From positions 5,100,001 through 5,132,000 of the forward strand of contig NC_014148.1 in NCBI RefSeq assembly GCF_000092105.1: a DNA stretch of 32,000 bases, written 5' to 3'. How positions within the stretch are numbered: the first letter of the stretch is position 1; every line of letters begins with the position of its first letter. Below, piece after piece: positions 1 through 8,953 of the stretch. The DNA comes from Planctopirus limnophila DSM 3776. GTDB lineage: Bacteria > Planctomycetota > Planctomycetia > Planctomycetales > Planctomycetaceae. The notes below the pieces were generated by a model. The model saw nothing but the letters and a program-made list of their open reading frames with translations, was not told where the DNA came from and did not search any database. A program made the position numbers and the translations under genes.

Positions 1-148
1 TCCAGTAAGCGGAAGAAGTCCTGAATTACATGGCTCACCAGGATATGACACTGGAATCAGCGTTCTTGAGCTGAGCGATTATTTTCTGTGCACTCACTCC
101 CGGACTTCCTCTCGACAAGATTTGTCGAAACGAATACGTTCCGCCTGA

Positions 149-186
149 AACGAAAAAAATCGGCAAGGATCGCCTGTTTTTTCGTT
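149..186 (+). terminator. Possible hairpin plus T-tract (A-tract/T-tract stem) upstream of the TPR gene; may terminate an upstream + strand gene
   Basis: AACGAAAAAA (149-158) is the exact reverse complement of TTTTTTCGTT (177-186), with an 18-nt spacer. The stem is AT-rich, so stability is doubtful. Confidence 0.25.
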
Positions 187-266
187 CGTCAAATCGTGGA
201 GTTTGTCGACACGGAAGATCTCTCCTGGCATTACAAATCCGGGAAGAATTTCCAGCAGGCTCAAGG

Positions 267-2453
267 ATGAGCCTTCAATGTAGCACACCAAGGATGGTGG
301 GTATGCGACCACAAATCATCGGCATGGCCCTGGCGGTTCTGATCGCCTTCTCCGGGTGCGCATCCTCGAAGGGGAGTCTCTTCGGCTCGAAATCCAAATC
401 CACCGATAGCACAAACTCGAAAATTGCCAGTTCCAAATCAGACGGGAAGAAATCTCCCAAGCAGGAAGAGCTGGAAGATCTGCTGGGCTCTCGCAAAGAG
501 ACTCCCGTCGCCTTTCGCGGTGGTTCTGGAACTTCTCCTTCAAAGAAAAAAGACACTCGGCTCGAAAACCCGGATCAACCGTTTGGAGATAACACACGCC
601 TGTCATCCAATCGATCGATTCGTGATCTCATGAGAGATGGGGCCAAGTACGAATCGCAACAGAAGTGGGATCAGGCCGTCGACGCTTACGAAAGTGTCCT
701 CTTAAGTGAGCCTCAACACGCAGAAGCTCATCATCGTCTGGCTGTGATCGCCGACCGTCGAGAAGATTACCGTCTGGCTGATCAACACTATCGCGTGGCG
801 ATGCAACGAAAGCCCACAGATGCCAATCTCCTCAGCGACGTCGGTTATTCTCACTTTCTCCGCGGCGAACTCGACCGGGCCGAAGGCTATCTGAAGCAGG
901 CCATCGAATCCGATAACAAACACCGAGTGGCCCATTTGAATCTCGGTCTCGTTTACGGAAAACAGAACCGCTATGACGAATCGCTGGCGATGTTTCAGGC
1001 TGTCGCCTCGGAAGAAGAAGTCCAGCGGAATATGGCGACACTCTTTCCGGATGGCCCACCTGCAGGACAGGATACTCAACTGGCCAGCCATCGAAATGCG
1101 GCTGCAGTTCCCGCAGGTCGAACGCCTCGAAATGACCTGATGCCCGAATGGGCCAACACTCCCGCTGGCTCTCAACCTGCAGGTTCAACATCCACAAACT
1201 CCATGATTCCACCGGCAGGCAACCCCACTGCCAGCGATGCCTGGGCACTGTCATCTCCAGGAATGTCATCTCCAGGAATGTCATCTCCAGGTATGGCATC
1301 GAATGGGATGAACAGTTCTCCTGCCAACGCCGGAGTCGCTAACGCTAATTCGTCGAACTCTCAGCCATCTGGCAATGATTTCTGGCAAGGCAATGCTGCC
1401 ACAAACACAGCCAGCCCTGATTTCCCGCCCCGCTCTTCGAGTGTCCCCTCCACAGGTCTGGCGCCTCGAACACAAATGGCCAACATTTCGCCACCTGCTC
1501 AGGGCATGCCGACTGCCAATGGATCGTTCAATTCACCAGAATCAATGGCAGCTCGTTCTTTGGGAACACCCATGCAAACGAACTCAGCCGCTCTGGCTGC
1601 TGAACTTGCCATGAACTCGGGCTGGGGCAATCTTTTTCCCACAAGTTCCAATTATGGAACTCCGGCGGCATCGTCAGCACAGCAAGGTGGCCCATCGGTA
1701 CCACAACTTCCCGTAATGACGCAGCAAACGGCCTGGCCTCAAGCTCCTGGGGAATATCGTGATCCGGCCGCAGGCAATAACCTCTCAGGCAATAACCTCT
1801 CCAGGGGTGGCAATCCTCCAGCGACAGTCAGTCCGACGGCTCCTGCCGGGATGCCTGGTGATACGAGAAACATGAACCCGCCTGGCACGAGTGCCGCAGC
1901 AGGCGTCTGGCCCACCACCAGTGTTCCGTGGAACTCCCCCACCAGCAATCAACCATCCGCCTCCAGTTGGGGAGACTCATCTCAACTCGCCAATAGGCCT
2001 CAAGCGAACGGCGCCATGAATCAGGCCCCGCCATCGATGCCTCAGATCCAGGCCGGCCCTTCGAGCAGTTCAACTTTTGATCAGCAAAGTATGGCTGACA
2101 CAGAAAAACCACCACTGTTCCCCTCAGTCCAATGGGCCTCTCCTCACTCAACTCCCTGGAATTCAACGACTCAAGGCTCAGTCACTCAGTCCGGAAATGA
2201 ACTCTCGTCGCAAATTCAACCCGCCGGCTTCCAACAGGAAGCTGATCCGCGCAGTTCAACTTCTGGCCAGGGCTCGGCGACCGGAAACATGTCCCGCTCC
2301 AATGGAAATTCACCTGAGCCATGGCCCTATGGCCCTGCCGCAAGTACCAATCGACCCAATGTTCGGCCCACTGCTTCCTTGAATGTGGATGGTCGTTCGG
2401 GCACTTCCAACAATTCCACCAGCGGGCCGCCCCCCTGGCCTTACGGGCAATAA
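267..2453 (+). CDS. Lipoprotein-like TPR-repeat protein with about 480 aa of Ser/Pro/Asn/Gly/Thr-rich low-complexity C-terminal region
   Basis: 728-aa ORF. The N-terminus MRPQIIGMALAVLIAFSG-C reads as a signal peptide plus lipobox; alternative in-frame starts lie at 294 and 303. Residues about 130-250 look like TPR repeats (WDQAVDAYESVL, AEAHHRLAVIA, LDRAEGYLKQAIE, AHLNLGLVYGKQNRYDESLAMFQ). The remainder is compositionally biased with internal repeats. Confidence 0.8.
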   Translation: MSLQCSTPRMVGMRPQIIGMALAVLIAFSGCASSKGSLFGSKSKSTDSTNSKIASSKSDGKKSPKQEELEDLLGSRKETPVAFRGGSGTSPSKKKDTRLENPDQPFGDNTRLSSNRSIRDLMRDGAKYESQQKWDQAVDAYESVLLSEPQHAEAHHRLAVIADRREDYRLADQHYRVAMQRKPTDANLLSDVGYSHFLRGELDRAEGYLKQAIESDNKHRVAHLNLGLVYGKQNRYDESLAMFQAVASEEEVQRNMATLFPDGPPAGQDTQLASHRNAAAVPAGRTPRNDLMPEWANTPAGSQPAGSTSTNSMIPPAGNPTASDAWALSSPGMSSPGMSSPGMASNGMNSSPANAGVANANSSNSQPSGNDFWQGNAATNTASPDFPPRSSSVPSTGLAPRTQMANISPPAQGMPTANGSFNSPESMAARSLGTPMQTNSAALAAELAMNSGWGNLFPTSSNYGTPAASSAQQGGPSVPQLPVMTQQTAWPQAPGEYRDPAAGNNLSGNNLSRGGNPPATVSPTAPAGMPGDTRNMNPPGTSAAAGVWPTTSVPWNSPTSNQPSASSWGDSSQLANRPQANGAMNQAPPSMPQIQAGPSSSSTFDQQSMADTEKPPLFPSVQWASPHSTPWNSTTQGSVTQSGNELSSQIQPAGFQQEADPRSSTSGQGSATGNMSRSNGNSPEPWPYGPAASTNRPNVRPTASLNVDGRSGTSNNSTSGPPPWPYGQ
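1251..1295 (+). repeat. Tandem 15-bp repeat x3 (tcatctccaggaatg, third copy a>t) encoding SSPGM-SSPGM-SSPGM inside the TPR/low-complexity gene
   Basis: Direct reading: 1251-1265, 1266-1280 and 1281-1295 are identical except for one base in copy 3. Confidence 0.9.
1773..1802 (+). repeat. Tandem 15-bp repeat x2 (ggcaataacctctca/ggcaataacctctcc) encoding GNNLS-GNNLS
   Basis: Direct reading of nt 1773-1787 and 1788-1802. Confidence 0.85.
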
Positions 2454-2512
2454 CAAATCTCTCAGATGCCGATCATCGTCGTTCCATTCGAGATTTCTGT
2501 AAGCTCTCAGCC

Positions 2513-3274
2513 ATGAAGATCCAAAGCCCATTTTTGATTCGCTGTGGTGCATGGTTCGCCATCAGCACCATGCGACTGATTATCTCCACCTGCCGTCTCG
2601 AGTATCGCTCGCCAGATCCCAAAACACGACTCGATTGTCCTTTTGGCCCTGATGTACCCGAGAGGTATGTCGTCCCTGTCTGGCACGACTTGCTCTTGTT
2701 CCCGACCTTCACCGCCCGTCGGAGCGACCTCTGCTGCGGTCTTGTCAGCCGGCATGATGGCGCTTCATTTCTTTCCACCGCCATTGAAATGCTCGGCGGC
2801 AAGGCCATTCGTGGCTCGAGCCGTAAAGGAGCAACGTCGGCTCTCAAGCAGATGCTCACCCAGACGGATGGCTATCACATTCTGATTACGCCCGATGGCC
2901 CGATGGGGCCACGTCGTCAGATGAAACAGGGAGCCATTTTCATGGCTTCTAACCTGCAAAGGCGGATTGTCCCCACAGCTTACTGGGCTTCCAGAGTCTG
3001 GCGGATTAAAGGCTCGTGGACAGATATAGTCATCCCCAAGCCCTTCTCGAAAATCATTATTGTCTCAGGCGAAGCGATCTCTATCCCCCCGGAACTTTCA
3101 CGAGAAGATATCACTTATTGGACCAATCATCTGCAGCAGGCCATGGATCAACTCCATGCGGAACTCGAAGCTTCTACGACGACAGCGAAGTCTTCGAAAA
3201 TAGAGGCTGAACAAACAGCATGTTCAGCCTCCCCACAGCTTCAGATATCAGGTTCCGAGCGTCACGCCGCCTGA
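2513..3274 (+). CDS. DUF374 / lysophospholipid acyltransferase (LPLAT)-superfamily protein
   Basis: The ORF track gives 2321..3274, but that start overlaps the previous gene. The internal ATG at 2513 (MKIQSPFL...) gives a 253-aa protein. Diagnostic stretch: VPVWHDLLLF...GLVSRHDGASFLSTAIEMLGGKAIRGSSRKGATSALKQM...ILITPDGPMGPRRQMKQGAIFMA, typical of DUF374. Confidence 0.7.
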   Translation: MKIQSPFLIRCGAWFAISTMRLIISTCRLEYRSPDPKTRLDCPFGPDVPERYVVPVWHDLLLFPTFTARRSDLCCGLVSRHDGASFLSTAIEMLGGKAIRGSSRKGATSALKQMLTQTDGYHILITPDGPMGPRRQMKQGAIFMASNLQRRIVPTAYWASRVWRIKGSWTDIVIPKPFSKIIIVSGEAISIPPELSREDITYWTNHLQQAMDQLHAELEASTTTAKSSKIEAEQTACSASPQLQISGSERHAA

Positions 3275-3344
3275 TGGCATCAATCGCAGTGATTCAAAAC
3301 TCTGGCAGATTGATTAGCAGTCCACATACTTCAAGACACCTGCC

Positions 3345-4013
3345 ATGAGACGCGAATCCACGCTCCACCAGCAACTCAAACTGCTCTACGCCAAATCGGC
3401 AGAGCGGCGCGAAGTACGTGTGGGCGATTACCGTGTCGATGCCATTTCTCGCGGCACTCTCATCGAGATCCAGCAATCCGGTCTCTCCGCCATTCGCCAC
3501 AAAATTCAAACACTTCTCCAGGATCACCGCGTTCTGGTCGTTAAACCCATCGTGGCGACACGCATGCTGAGAACTCGACAGAACGCTCAGAGTGAATACG
3601 CCGCCCCTCGCAAAAGTCCTTATCGCGGCTCATGGCTCGATGCGTTCGACGAACTCATGCATCTCTTTCGCGTCTTTCCACATCCTCAATTGAAGATTGA
3701 ACTGCTTCTCGTAGATATTGAAGAAGACCGTACGCGCAAAGCCCGACATCGATTCCGGCGAGCCGATCATGTCGTTGATGACCGCCGCCTGCTACAGATT
3801 CGTGAGCGCTGCCTCCTGAGGACTCCAGCCGATCTGGAACAACTTGTACCTCCCTTCCCTGTCGCACCGTTTACAACAGCAGAACTCGCCCTGGCATGGA
3901 ACGTTCCCCGCTGGACAGCTCAAAAGATTGCCTGGTGTTTCCGCACTGTAGGAGCCTGGGCCCCCGTCGGCTTCTCAAAACGCAGCGTCCTCTACCTGCC
4001 CCACGCCGCTTAA
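3345..4013 (+). CDS. Uncharacterised PD-(D/E)xK nuclease-fold protein (CoiA-like core) with a C-terminal basic, possibly wHTH-like region
   Basis: 222-aa ORF. The N-terminal ESTLHQQLK...VRVGDYRVDAISRGTLIEIQQS matches the D...(E)IQ.S layout of CoiA-type/restriction-endonuclease-like cores. No neighbouring partner genes. Confidence 0.6.
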   Translation: MRRESTLHQQLKLLYAKSAERREVRVGDYRVDAISRGTLIEIQQSGLSAIRHKIQTLLQDHRVLVVKPIVATRMLRTRQNAQSEYAAPRKSPYRGSWLDAFDELMHLFRVFPHPQLKIELLLVDIEEDRTRKARHRFRRADHVVDDRRLLQIRERCLLRTPADLEQLVPPFPVAPFTTAELALAWNVPRWTAQKIAWCFRTVGAWAPVGFSKRSVLYLPHAA

Positions 4014-4075
4014 TCATCAAATCGCCTGCAACTTCAAGCCAATTCTTATTGAGTTGGCATCTATGCATTAGGTAG

Positions 4076-4103
4076 GGTGCAAGAAGTTCCTACGGATTGC
4101 ACC
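4076..4103 (+). terminator. Weak terminator-like hairpin after the nuclease-fold gene
   Basis: GGTGCAA (4076-4082) pairs with TTGCACC (4097-4103) around a 14-nt loop, followed by the T-rich ATCTTCTATTTCTTTCC. Confidence 0.3.
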
Positions 4104-4182
4104 ATCTTCTATTTCTTTCCCATTCCGTTGGGAGAAGGCCCGGATAAGGGTTACATCGATATAGATATCTCGGCGTTAGTCG

Positions 4183-6321
4183 CTACGAAATCTCTGGCGT
4201 GGCGGGTTTCCAGCGGAACAGAGCCAGCGATCGATCTTCCAGCGGATAAGGATGAACCGCATCAAAAGCGACATGGACTGCATGTGGGCGGGCCGTATCA
4301 ATCATGAGATCCATACTCGGGCCTGCCGGCCCTGCCACAGGATACTGGAAGGAAACAGGCGTCGTCCCGGCATTGAATAGCACCAGTAAATTATCGCCTC
4401 GAATGGCATTCCCCACTTCGTCGAACTCTTCCACATCGCCCGCCATCAGCATGCCAAAACATCTCACAGAGTCGTGGTTCCAGTAATCCCCCGAGATTTC
4501 GTGGCCTTCGCTCGAGAGCCAGTAAACATCTTTCACATTCTCGCCACGAATCCCTTGCCCCGAGAAGAATCGCCGGCGTCTGAGTGCGGGCTGAGATTTT
4601 CGAATCTTGATGAGTTTGCGAACAAACTCGAACCAGTCTTTCTCCTTCTCCAGCAAACTCCAATCAACCCACGAAAGCGAATTGTCATGACAATAAGCGT
4701 TGTTGTTTCCTCTTTGGGTCTGACCGATTTCGTCGCCGGAGTAGATCATGGGAACGCCTTGCGATAACAGTAGCGTCCCCAACAAATTTCTCATTTGCCG
4801 CATACGAACGCGATTGATGGCAGGATCGGTCGTCTCGCCTTCAGCGCCGTAACCAGAACTGTGATTATCGTTCGCACCGTCACGATTATCTTCGCCATTG
4901 GCCTCGTTATGTTTGTGTTCATACGAAACAAGGTCGTGTAGGGTGAAGCCATCGTGACAGGTGATAAAATTCACGCTGGCATAGGGTCTGCGTCCACTGT
5001 GGGCATACAGATCGCTTGACCCGGTGAGCCGGGTGGCTGTCTCACCAATCGTACCACCATCGCCACGCCAGAAACGTCGCATGCAATCGCGGTACTTCCC
5101 GTTCCACTCGGTCCAGCCAGTCGGGAAGTTGCCGACCTGATATCCGCCCGGGCCAACATCCCAGGGCTCAGCAATCAATTTCACCCGGGAAAGCACGGGA
5201 TCCTGATGAATGATATCAAAGAAGGCTCCCAGCTTATCGACTTCGTAGAGTTCACGGGCTAAAGCACTCGCCAGGTCAAAGCGAAAACCATCGACATGCA
5301 TTTCTGTCACCCAGTAGCGCAGGCTGTCCATGACCAGTTGCAGCACGCGGGGATGACGCATATTTAGAGTATTACCACAACCGGAGAAATCCATATAGTA
5401 GCGGCCGTTATCTCCCATTAATCGATAATAAGCGGTGTTATCAATCCCGCGTAAAGAGAGTGTCGGCCCGAGCTGATTGCCTTCAGCCGTATGGTTGTAG
5501 ACGACGTCGAGAATCACTTCGATCCCGGAGGCATGCAGCGTCCGCACCATCGACTTGAATTCATGAGCGGCAAACAACGGGTGCCTGACTGAACTGAATC
5601 GAACACTAGGGGCGAAATAAGCGAGTGTATTGTATCCCCAGTAGTTAGTCTTGCCACGCAAATGCAATCCATGCTCATCGACATGATGATGGATCGGCAT
5701 CAGCTCAACGGCTGTGACTCCCAGCTTTTTTAAATGATCAATCGCAGCGGCAGAAGCCAGCCCTGCATAAGTTCCCCGCAGCTTATCAGGAACTCCCGGC
5801 ATCAGTTGAGTAAAACCCTTAACGTGCAGTTCGTAGATAATCGTGTTATGCCATGGCGTGCGAGGTGAACGGTCATCACCCCAGGTATATGCCTCTTCCA
5901 CCACAAGAGCTAAAGGAGCATAAGGAGCGCTGTCGCGAGCATCGAAACTGAGATCTTCATTTCTACTGCCGACCTCATAACCAAAGACGGAGTCATGCCA
6001 GTAAAGATCGCGTCCAATCGCTTTTGCATAAGGATCGAGCAAGAGTTTATTCGAATTAAACCGCATGCCATGTGCAGGGTCGTAGGGGCCGTACACACGG
6101 TAGCCATAAAGCTGGCCCGGGCGAAGTTCTGGAAAATAGCCATGCCAGACCTGATCTGTCTGTTCAGGAAGTTCAATGCGGCTGGATTCACTCAGAGAAT
6201 CTCCGGAATCGAACAGGCAGAGTTCCACCTTGGTGGCATTCTCGGAGAAGAGCGCAAAGTTAACTCCCGCACCATCCCAGTTAGCTCCCAGTGGATAAGG
6301 TCGACCTGCCCAGACTCGCAT
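4183..6321 (-). CDS. glgX: Glycogen debranching enzyme (GH13, GlgX type)
   Basis: 712 aa. MRVWAGRPYPLGANWDGAGVNFALFSENATKVELCLFD is a canonical GlgX N-terminus. GH13 catalytic regions are present: DVVYNHT, GFRFDLAS, AEPWD, FITCHDGFTL. Confidence 0.95.
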   Translation of the reverse strand: MRVWAGRPYPLGANWDGAGVNFALFSENATKVELCLFDSGDSLSESSRIELPEQTDQVWHGYFPELRPGQLYGYRVYGPYDPAHGMRFNSNKLLLDPYAKAIGRDLYWHDSVFGYEVGSRNEDLSFDARDSAPYAPLALVVEEAYTWGDDRSPRTPWHNTIIYELHVKGFTQLMPGVPDKLRGTYAGLASAAAIDHLKKLGVTAVELMPIHHHVDEHGLHLRGKTNYWGYNTLAYFAPSVRFSSVRHPLFAAHEFKSMVRTLHASGIEVILDVVYNHTAEGNQLGPTLSLRGIDNTAYYRLMGDNGRYYMDFSGCGNTLNMRHPRVLQLVMDSLRYWVTEMHVDGFRFDLASALARELYEVDKLGAFFDIIHQDPVLSRVKLIAEPWDVGPGGYQVGNFPTGWTEWNGKYRDCMRRFWRGDGGTIGETATRLTGSSDLYAHSGRRPYASVNFITCHDGFTLHDLVSYEHKHNEANGEDNRDGANDNHSSGYGAEGETTDPAINRVRMRQMRNLLGTLLLSQGVPMIYSGDEIGQTQRGNNNAYCHDNSLSWVDWSLLEKEKDWFEFVRKLIKIRKSQPALRRRRFFSGQGIRGENVKDVYWLSSEGHEISGDYWNHDSVRCFGMLMAGDVEEFDEVGNAIRGDNLLVLFNAGTTPVSFQYPVAGPAGPSMDLMIDTARPHAVHVAFDAVHPYPLEDRSLALFRWKPATPEIS

Positions 6322-6445
6322 CGTTCATGGCCTTACAAAATGATCTTGAGAACATGGAAATGAGCAAAAAGTTATACAGAATAACTCTTTTCAGAAGTCA
6401 TCGGATCTCTCGGCGTTGCCAGGATTTCTTCCAGAGAGTTCATCC

Positions 6446-8356
6446 TCATGGAATTCTCTCTTCCCGGTAGAGATATCCTAATCGTCCATTGGGAGCAGAA
6501 TCTCCTGCAATGAACGGGTGATGGCCGGGAATTGCAGATTCTGAACTCTGATCAAGTGAACTGTGGTCCGGCGGGGAGTACCACTTCCAGCGGAACTGCG
6601 CCAAACCTGCTGAATTTCGGTGGATTCGTTCAGTACTCAGTTGAATAGCGGCAAAATCTCTGGACACGACCATCTTTGTCGCTTCGGATGACTTCTCGAT
6701 GGTTGAATGCTCAGCAGGTGGGGTGGCATCAACCAGCTGGTGAAAAGTGGTGCGCCCCGAATTTCGGTTCCCTGTATCAATGCGTGCCATCGTCTCAAAT
6801 CCGCATGGCCCGGTTTCAAACTTGCCATCCAGATCCAGCCAGAGTTCCAGGACAAAAGACTTTTCGTCCTGTTGCCTGAACTTTGTTTGAACCCAATAGC
6901 TCGTTCCATCAAACCCGACAGCTGAGCTTTCCAGATCGCACGCAGCGGCAGGTTGCTCGATTCGTGGTGCCCCATAGACCCACGAGGCAGAGCTGCGGGC
7001 CGGGCTGTCATTGAGATCATCGAGATAACAGACGTTGGACTTCTGCCAGTCTGCCAGACTCGTCGGATCAATGATTTGATGCGGGATCGAAGCGGCAAAC
7101 GGAACTCCCGTCCCTTTGAATCGCCGGATCTCGGCCATGGTCTGGTAGTAGTAATGATCTGCCAGCGGGCCGGCTGCCGGTTCGATATCCCGACTGAATT
7201 CTGCTGAGAACTGATCGACGAAGAACGTCTCTCCCTTCTGTGTGGGACGCCCCAGGAACGGCTGCCCTCCCGGACTGATGAATCGCTGGGCGATCCACTC
7301 ATTCCAGCCCGTAATCAGAATAAATTCCGGATCCACTTCATGAGCCCGTTGCCATTGTTCGCGGAAGTGAAGCCCCTCGACCGTTTTCAACTCCTGTTCA
7401 GCCGGTTGATGCCCTTTCGAAAAACTGCGACCGATATTCGAAACGGGATGTTCTGCAACAGAAACGCTGATCTGCTCAGGTTTTTGGGGGGCCGTACTCC
7501 AGCCAAAACCCTGTGGAGTATGGTCCAGCCACGGCCAGCGATATTGTCCATCTCCAAACCACTTTTGCCCCTTGGTCCATGCCCATGAATGGCGAATTTC
7601 AAAACGCTGTCGCATTTCGGGGGTTGCTTCGTCGAGTGGCATCAGCAGCAGTGGCTTTTCATGCCAGCGAAACCAGAGTTCCGGGAACTTTTGAGGTAAG
7701 TACCACTTCTCCAGCAGGTGCTGCACGGTCTTTTGCGCGTGCGAATTTGCCAGAAATGCGATCTGTGGTGTCTTCTGCCCTGCTTGTCGCAGTTCACTCC
7801 AGGTTTCAAAAAGTGCCTGAACCTGCTCGTCGTATGTCAGTGCATTGGTCACATCAATCAGAATGACATCCACCCCCAGATCATTCAGCAGAAACGCATG
7901 CTGACGCATCACCCAGCGGTCATCACTGCGGTAAAAACCGAACCAAGGTTTGCCCCACCAGTGAAAGGCATGCACTGGCCCCCATTCCCGCTGATGGGGA
8001 GGCTTCTGTACAATCTCTTCAATCAAAAAAGGCTCAGCTCTGCTCTGCGGGGTCAGCCATACAAAGTAGAACATTCCGACAAATCGTCCTGATCGAGCTG
8101 GCGGCACCGAATGTTCCGCTGTGCCTGGAGCGGGAACAACTTGCCGTCCCAATCCATCGATGCCGACCCAGAGATCGGGATGGGTCTGGCGAAATGACTT
8201 CGTTGACGGATGTATGACGATCGGTTGATCGCTGGCAAGGGTCGAAGACAAGGGGCATGCGGCGAACGCGATGAAAGCCGACATCATCACAAACAGGCCC
8301 AGCATTCGCAGGATTCTTTTGGGAGCGATGTTTTCGGAAGTGGCAGGGGCTGTCAT
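6446..8356 (-). CDS. Secreted hypothetical protein, probably a glycoside-hydrolase-like (TIM-barrel) enzyme
   Basis: The ORF track starts at a TTG (8392). The ATG at 8356 gives MTAPATSENIAPKRILRMLGLFVMMSAFIAFAAC..., which looks like a signal peptide. Motifs FVGMFYFVWL, HWWGKPWFGFYRSDDRWVMRQHAFLLNDLGVDVILIDVTN and ILITGWNEWIAQ resemble GH71/GH99-like families. The family assignment is not secure. Confidence 0.7.
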   Translation of the reverse strand: MTAPATSENIAPKRILRMLGLFVMMSAFIAFAACPLSSTLASDQPIVIHPSTKSFRQTHPDLWVGIDGLGRQVVPAPGTAEHSVPPARSGRFVGMFYFVWLTPQSRAEPFLIEEIVQKPPHQREWGPVHAFHWWGKPWFGFYRSDDRWVMRQHAFLLNDLGVDVILIDVTNALTYDEQVQALFETWSELRQAGQKTPQIAFLANSHAQKTVQHLLEKWYLPQKFPELWFRWHEKPLLLMPLDEATPEMRQRFEIRHSWAWTKGQKWFGDGQYRWPWLDHTPQGFGWSTAPQKPEQISVSVAEHPVSNIGRSFSKGHQPAEQELKTVEGLHFREQWQRAHEVDPEFILITGWNEWIAQRFISPGGQPFLGRPTQKGETFFVDQFSAEFSRDIEPAAGPLADHYYYQTMAEIRRFKGTGVPFAASIPHQIIDPTSLADWQKSNVCYLDDLNDSPARSSASWVYGAPRIEQPAAACDLESSAVGFDGTSYWVQTKFRQQDEKSFVLELWLDLDGKFETGPCGFETMARIDTGNRNSGRTTFHQLVDATPPAEHSTIEKSSEATKMVVSRDFAAIQLSTERIHRNSAGLAQFRWKWYSPPDHSSLDQSSESAIPGHHPFIAGDSAPNGRLGYLYREERIP

Positions 8357-8953
8357 CGCCTGGCGGAACTTCAGGAGGGTTGTGACTGGCAAAATAAAGT
8401 CCGGTCCAAGACGAGGGCATTAAAGCGAAAAATCCCACAGATTCACAGAATGCTGAGTTGGTGAAATCATCTTCCACTCGCAGGTCTGGCAGAGGATCTG
8501 TGTGATCAGACGAAGTCGCCAAAGGAAGACAACCCCAATTTCGTTCTCACAATTGAGAAAGTCGCGAAGTCGTCATTCTGGGCCATGGGTGCACCGATTC
8601 TCAAGATCTGTTGTTGGTGCGGCAAGTGGTGGCTGTAAGTTATTGCTGTTTTATAAGTTAGAACGTGTGTCAAACTTTGCTGGTGTTTCATTTTTCGCTC
8701 AAGTTGATGCGAGAAATCGAAGGTGTTTTCGACTTCGGGAAATCGCAGTGAATGTCGCCTCTCGTGATTGCTCTTACGAGTGCAGACTTCTAACATCCCT
8801 AGCGTGCCGAAGTGCTCCAGAGCCGTGGATATTGTCAGATTTCACACTTCTCGACGATTGTGCGAGTCGACGTGTCTGACAATGCCCATGTCAACTTTGA
8901 GACTTTCGGCCGCGCGAGTTGATCCAATCGAACCTATTGGCCGGTGCGAAGTA

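Noticed and set aside
1-24. Frame-1 reading SSKRKKS-stop at the left edge; a possible 3' end of an upstream + strand gene.
   Set aside because: Only 7 codons are visible, so it cannot be supported.
2321-2512. N-terminal extensions of track ORFs: 2321 for the DUF374 gene, 8768 for actA, 9818 for actB, 14770 for actDE, 18137 for SCO, 22167 for ctaE and 24430 for pgi.
   Set aside because: The extensions overlap upstream genes, use TTG/GTG codons, or encode Cys/Arg/Phe-rich junk ahead of a clean ATG that gives the family-typical N-terminus or signal peptide. Internal starts were used instead. The exact starts remain unverified.
4166-4176. A shared motif lies just 3' of two consecutive minus-strand genes. 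On the minus strand it reads AACGCCGAGAT after the glgX stop (plus-strand 4166-4176) and AACGCCGAGAGAT after the GH-like gene stop (plus-strand 6405-6417).
   Set aside because: There is only one short (11-13 nt) match with an indel and no associated secondary structure. That is too little to call a repeat element or a 3'UTR motif.
8502-8879. 125-aa (+) and 96-aa (-) ORFs in the actA upstream region.
   Set aside because: Their composition (R/S/C-rich, no hydrophobic core or motif) and mutual overlap suggest random ORFs in non-coding DNA.
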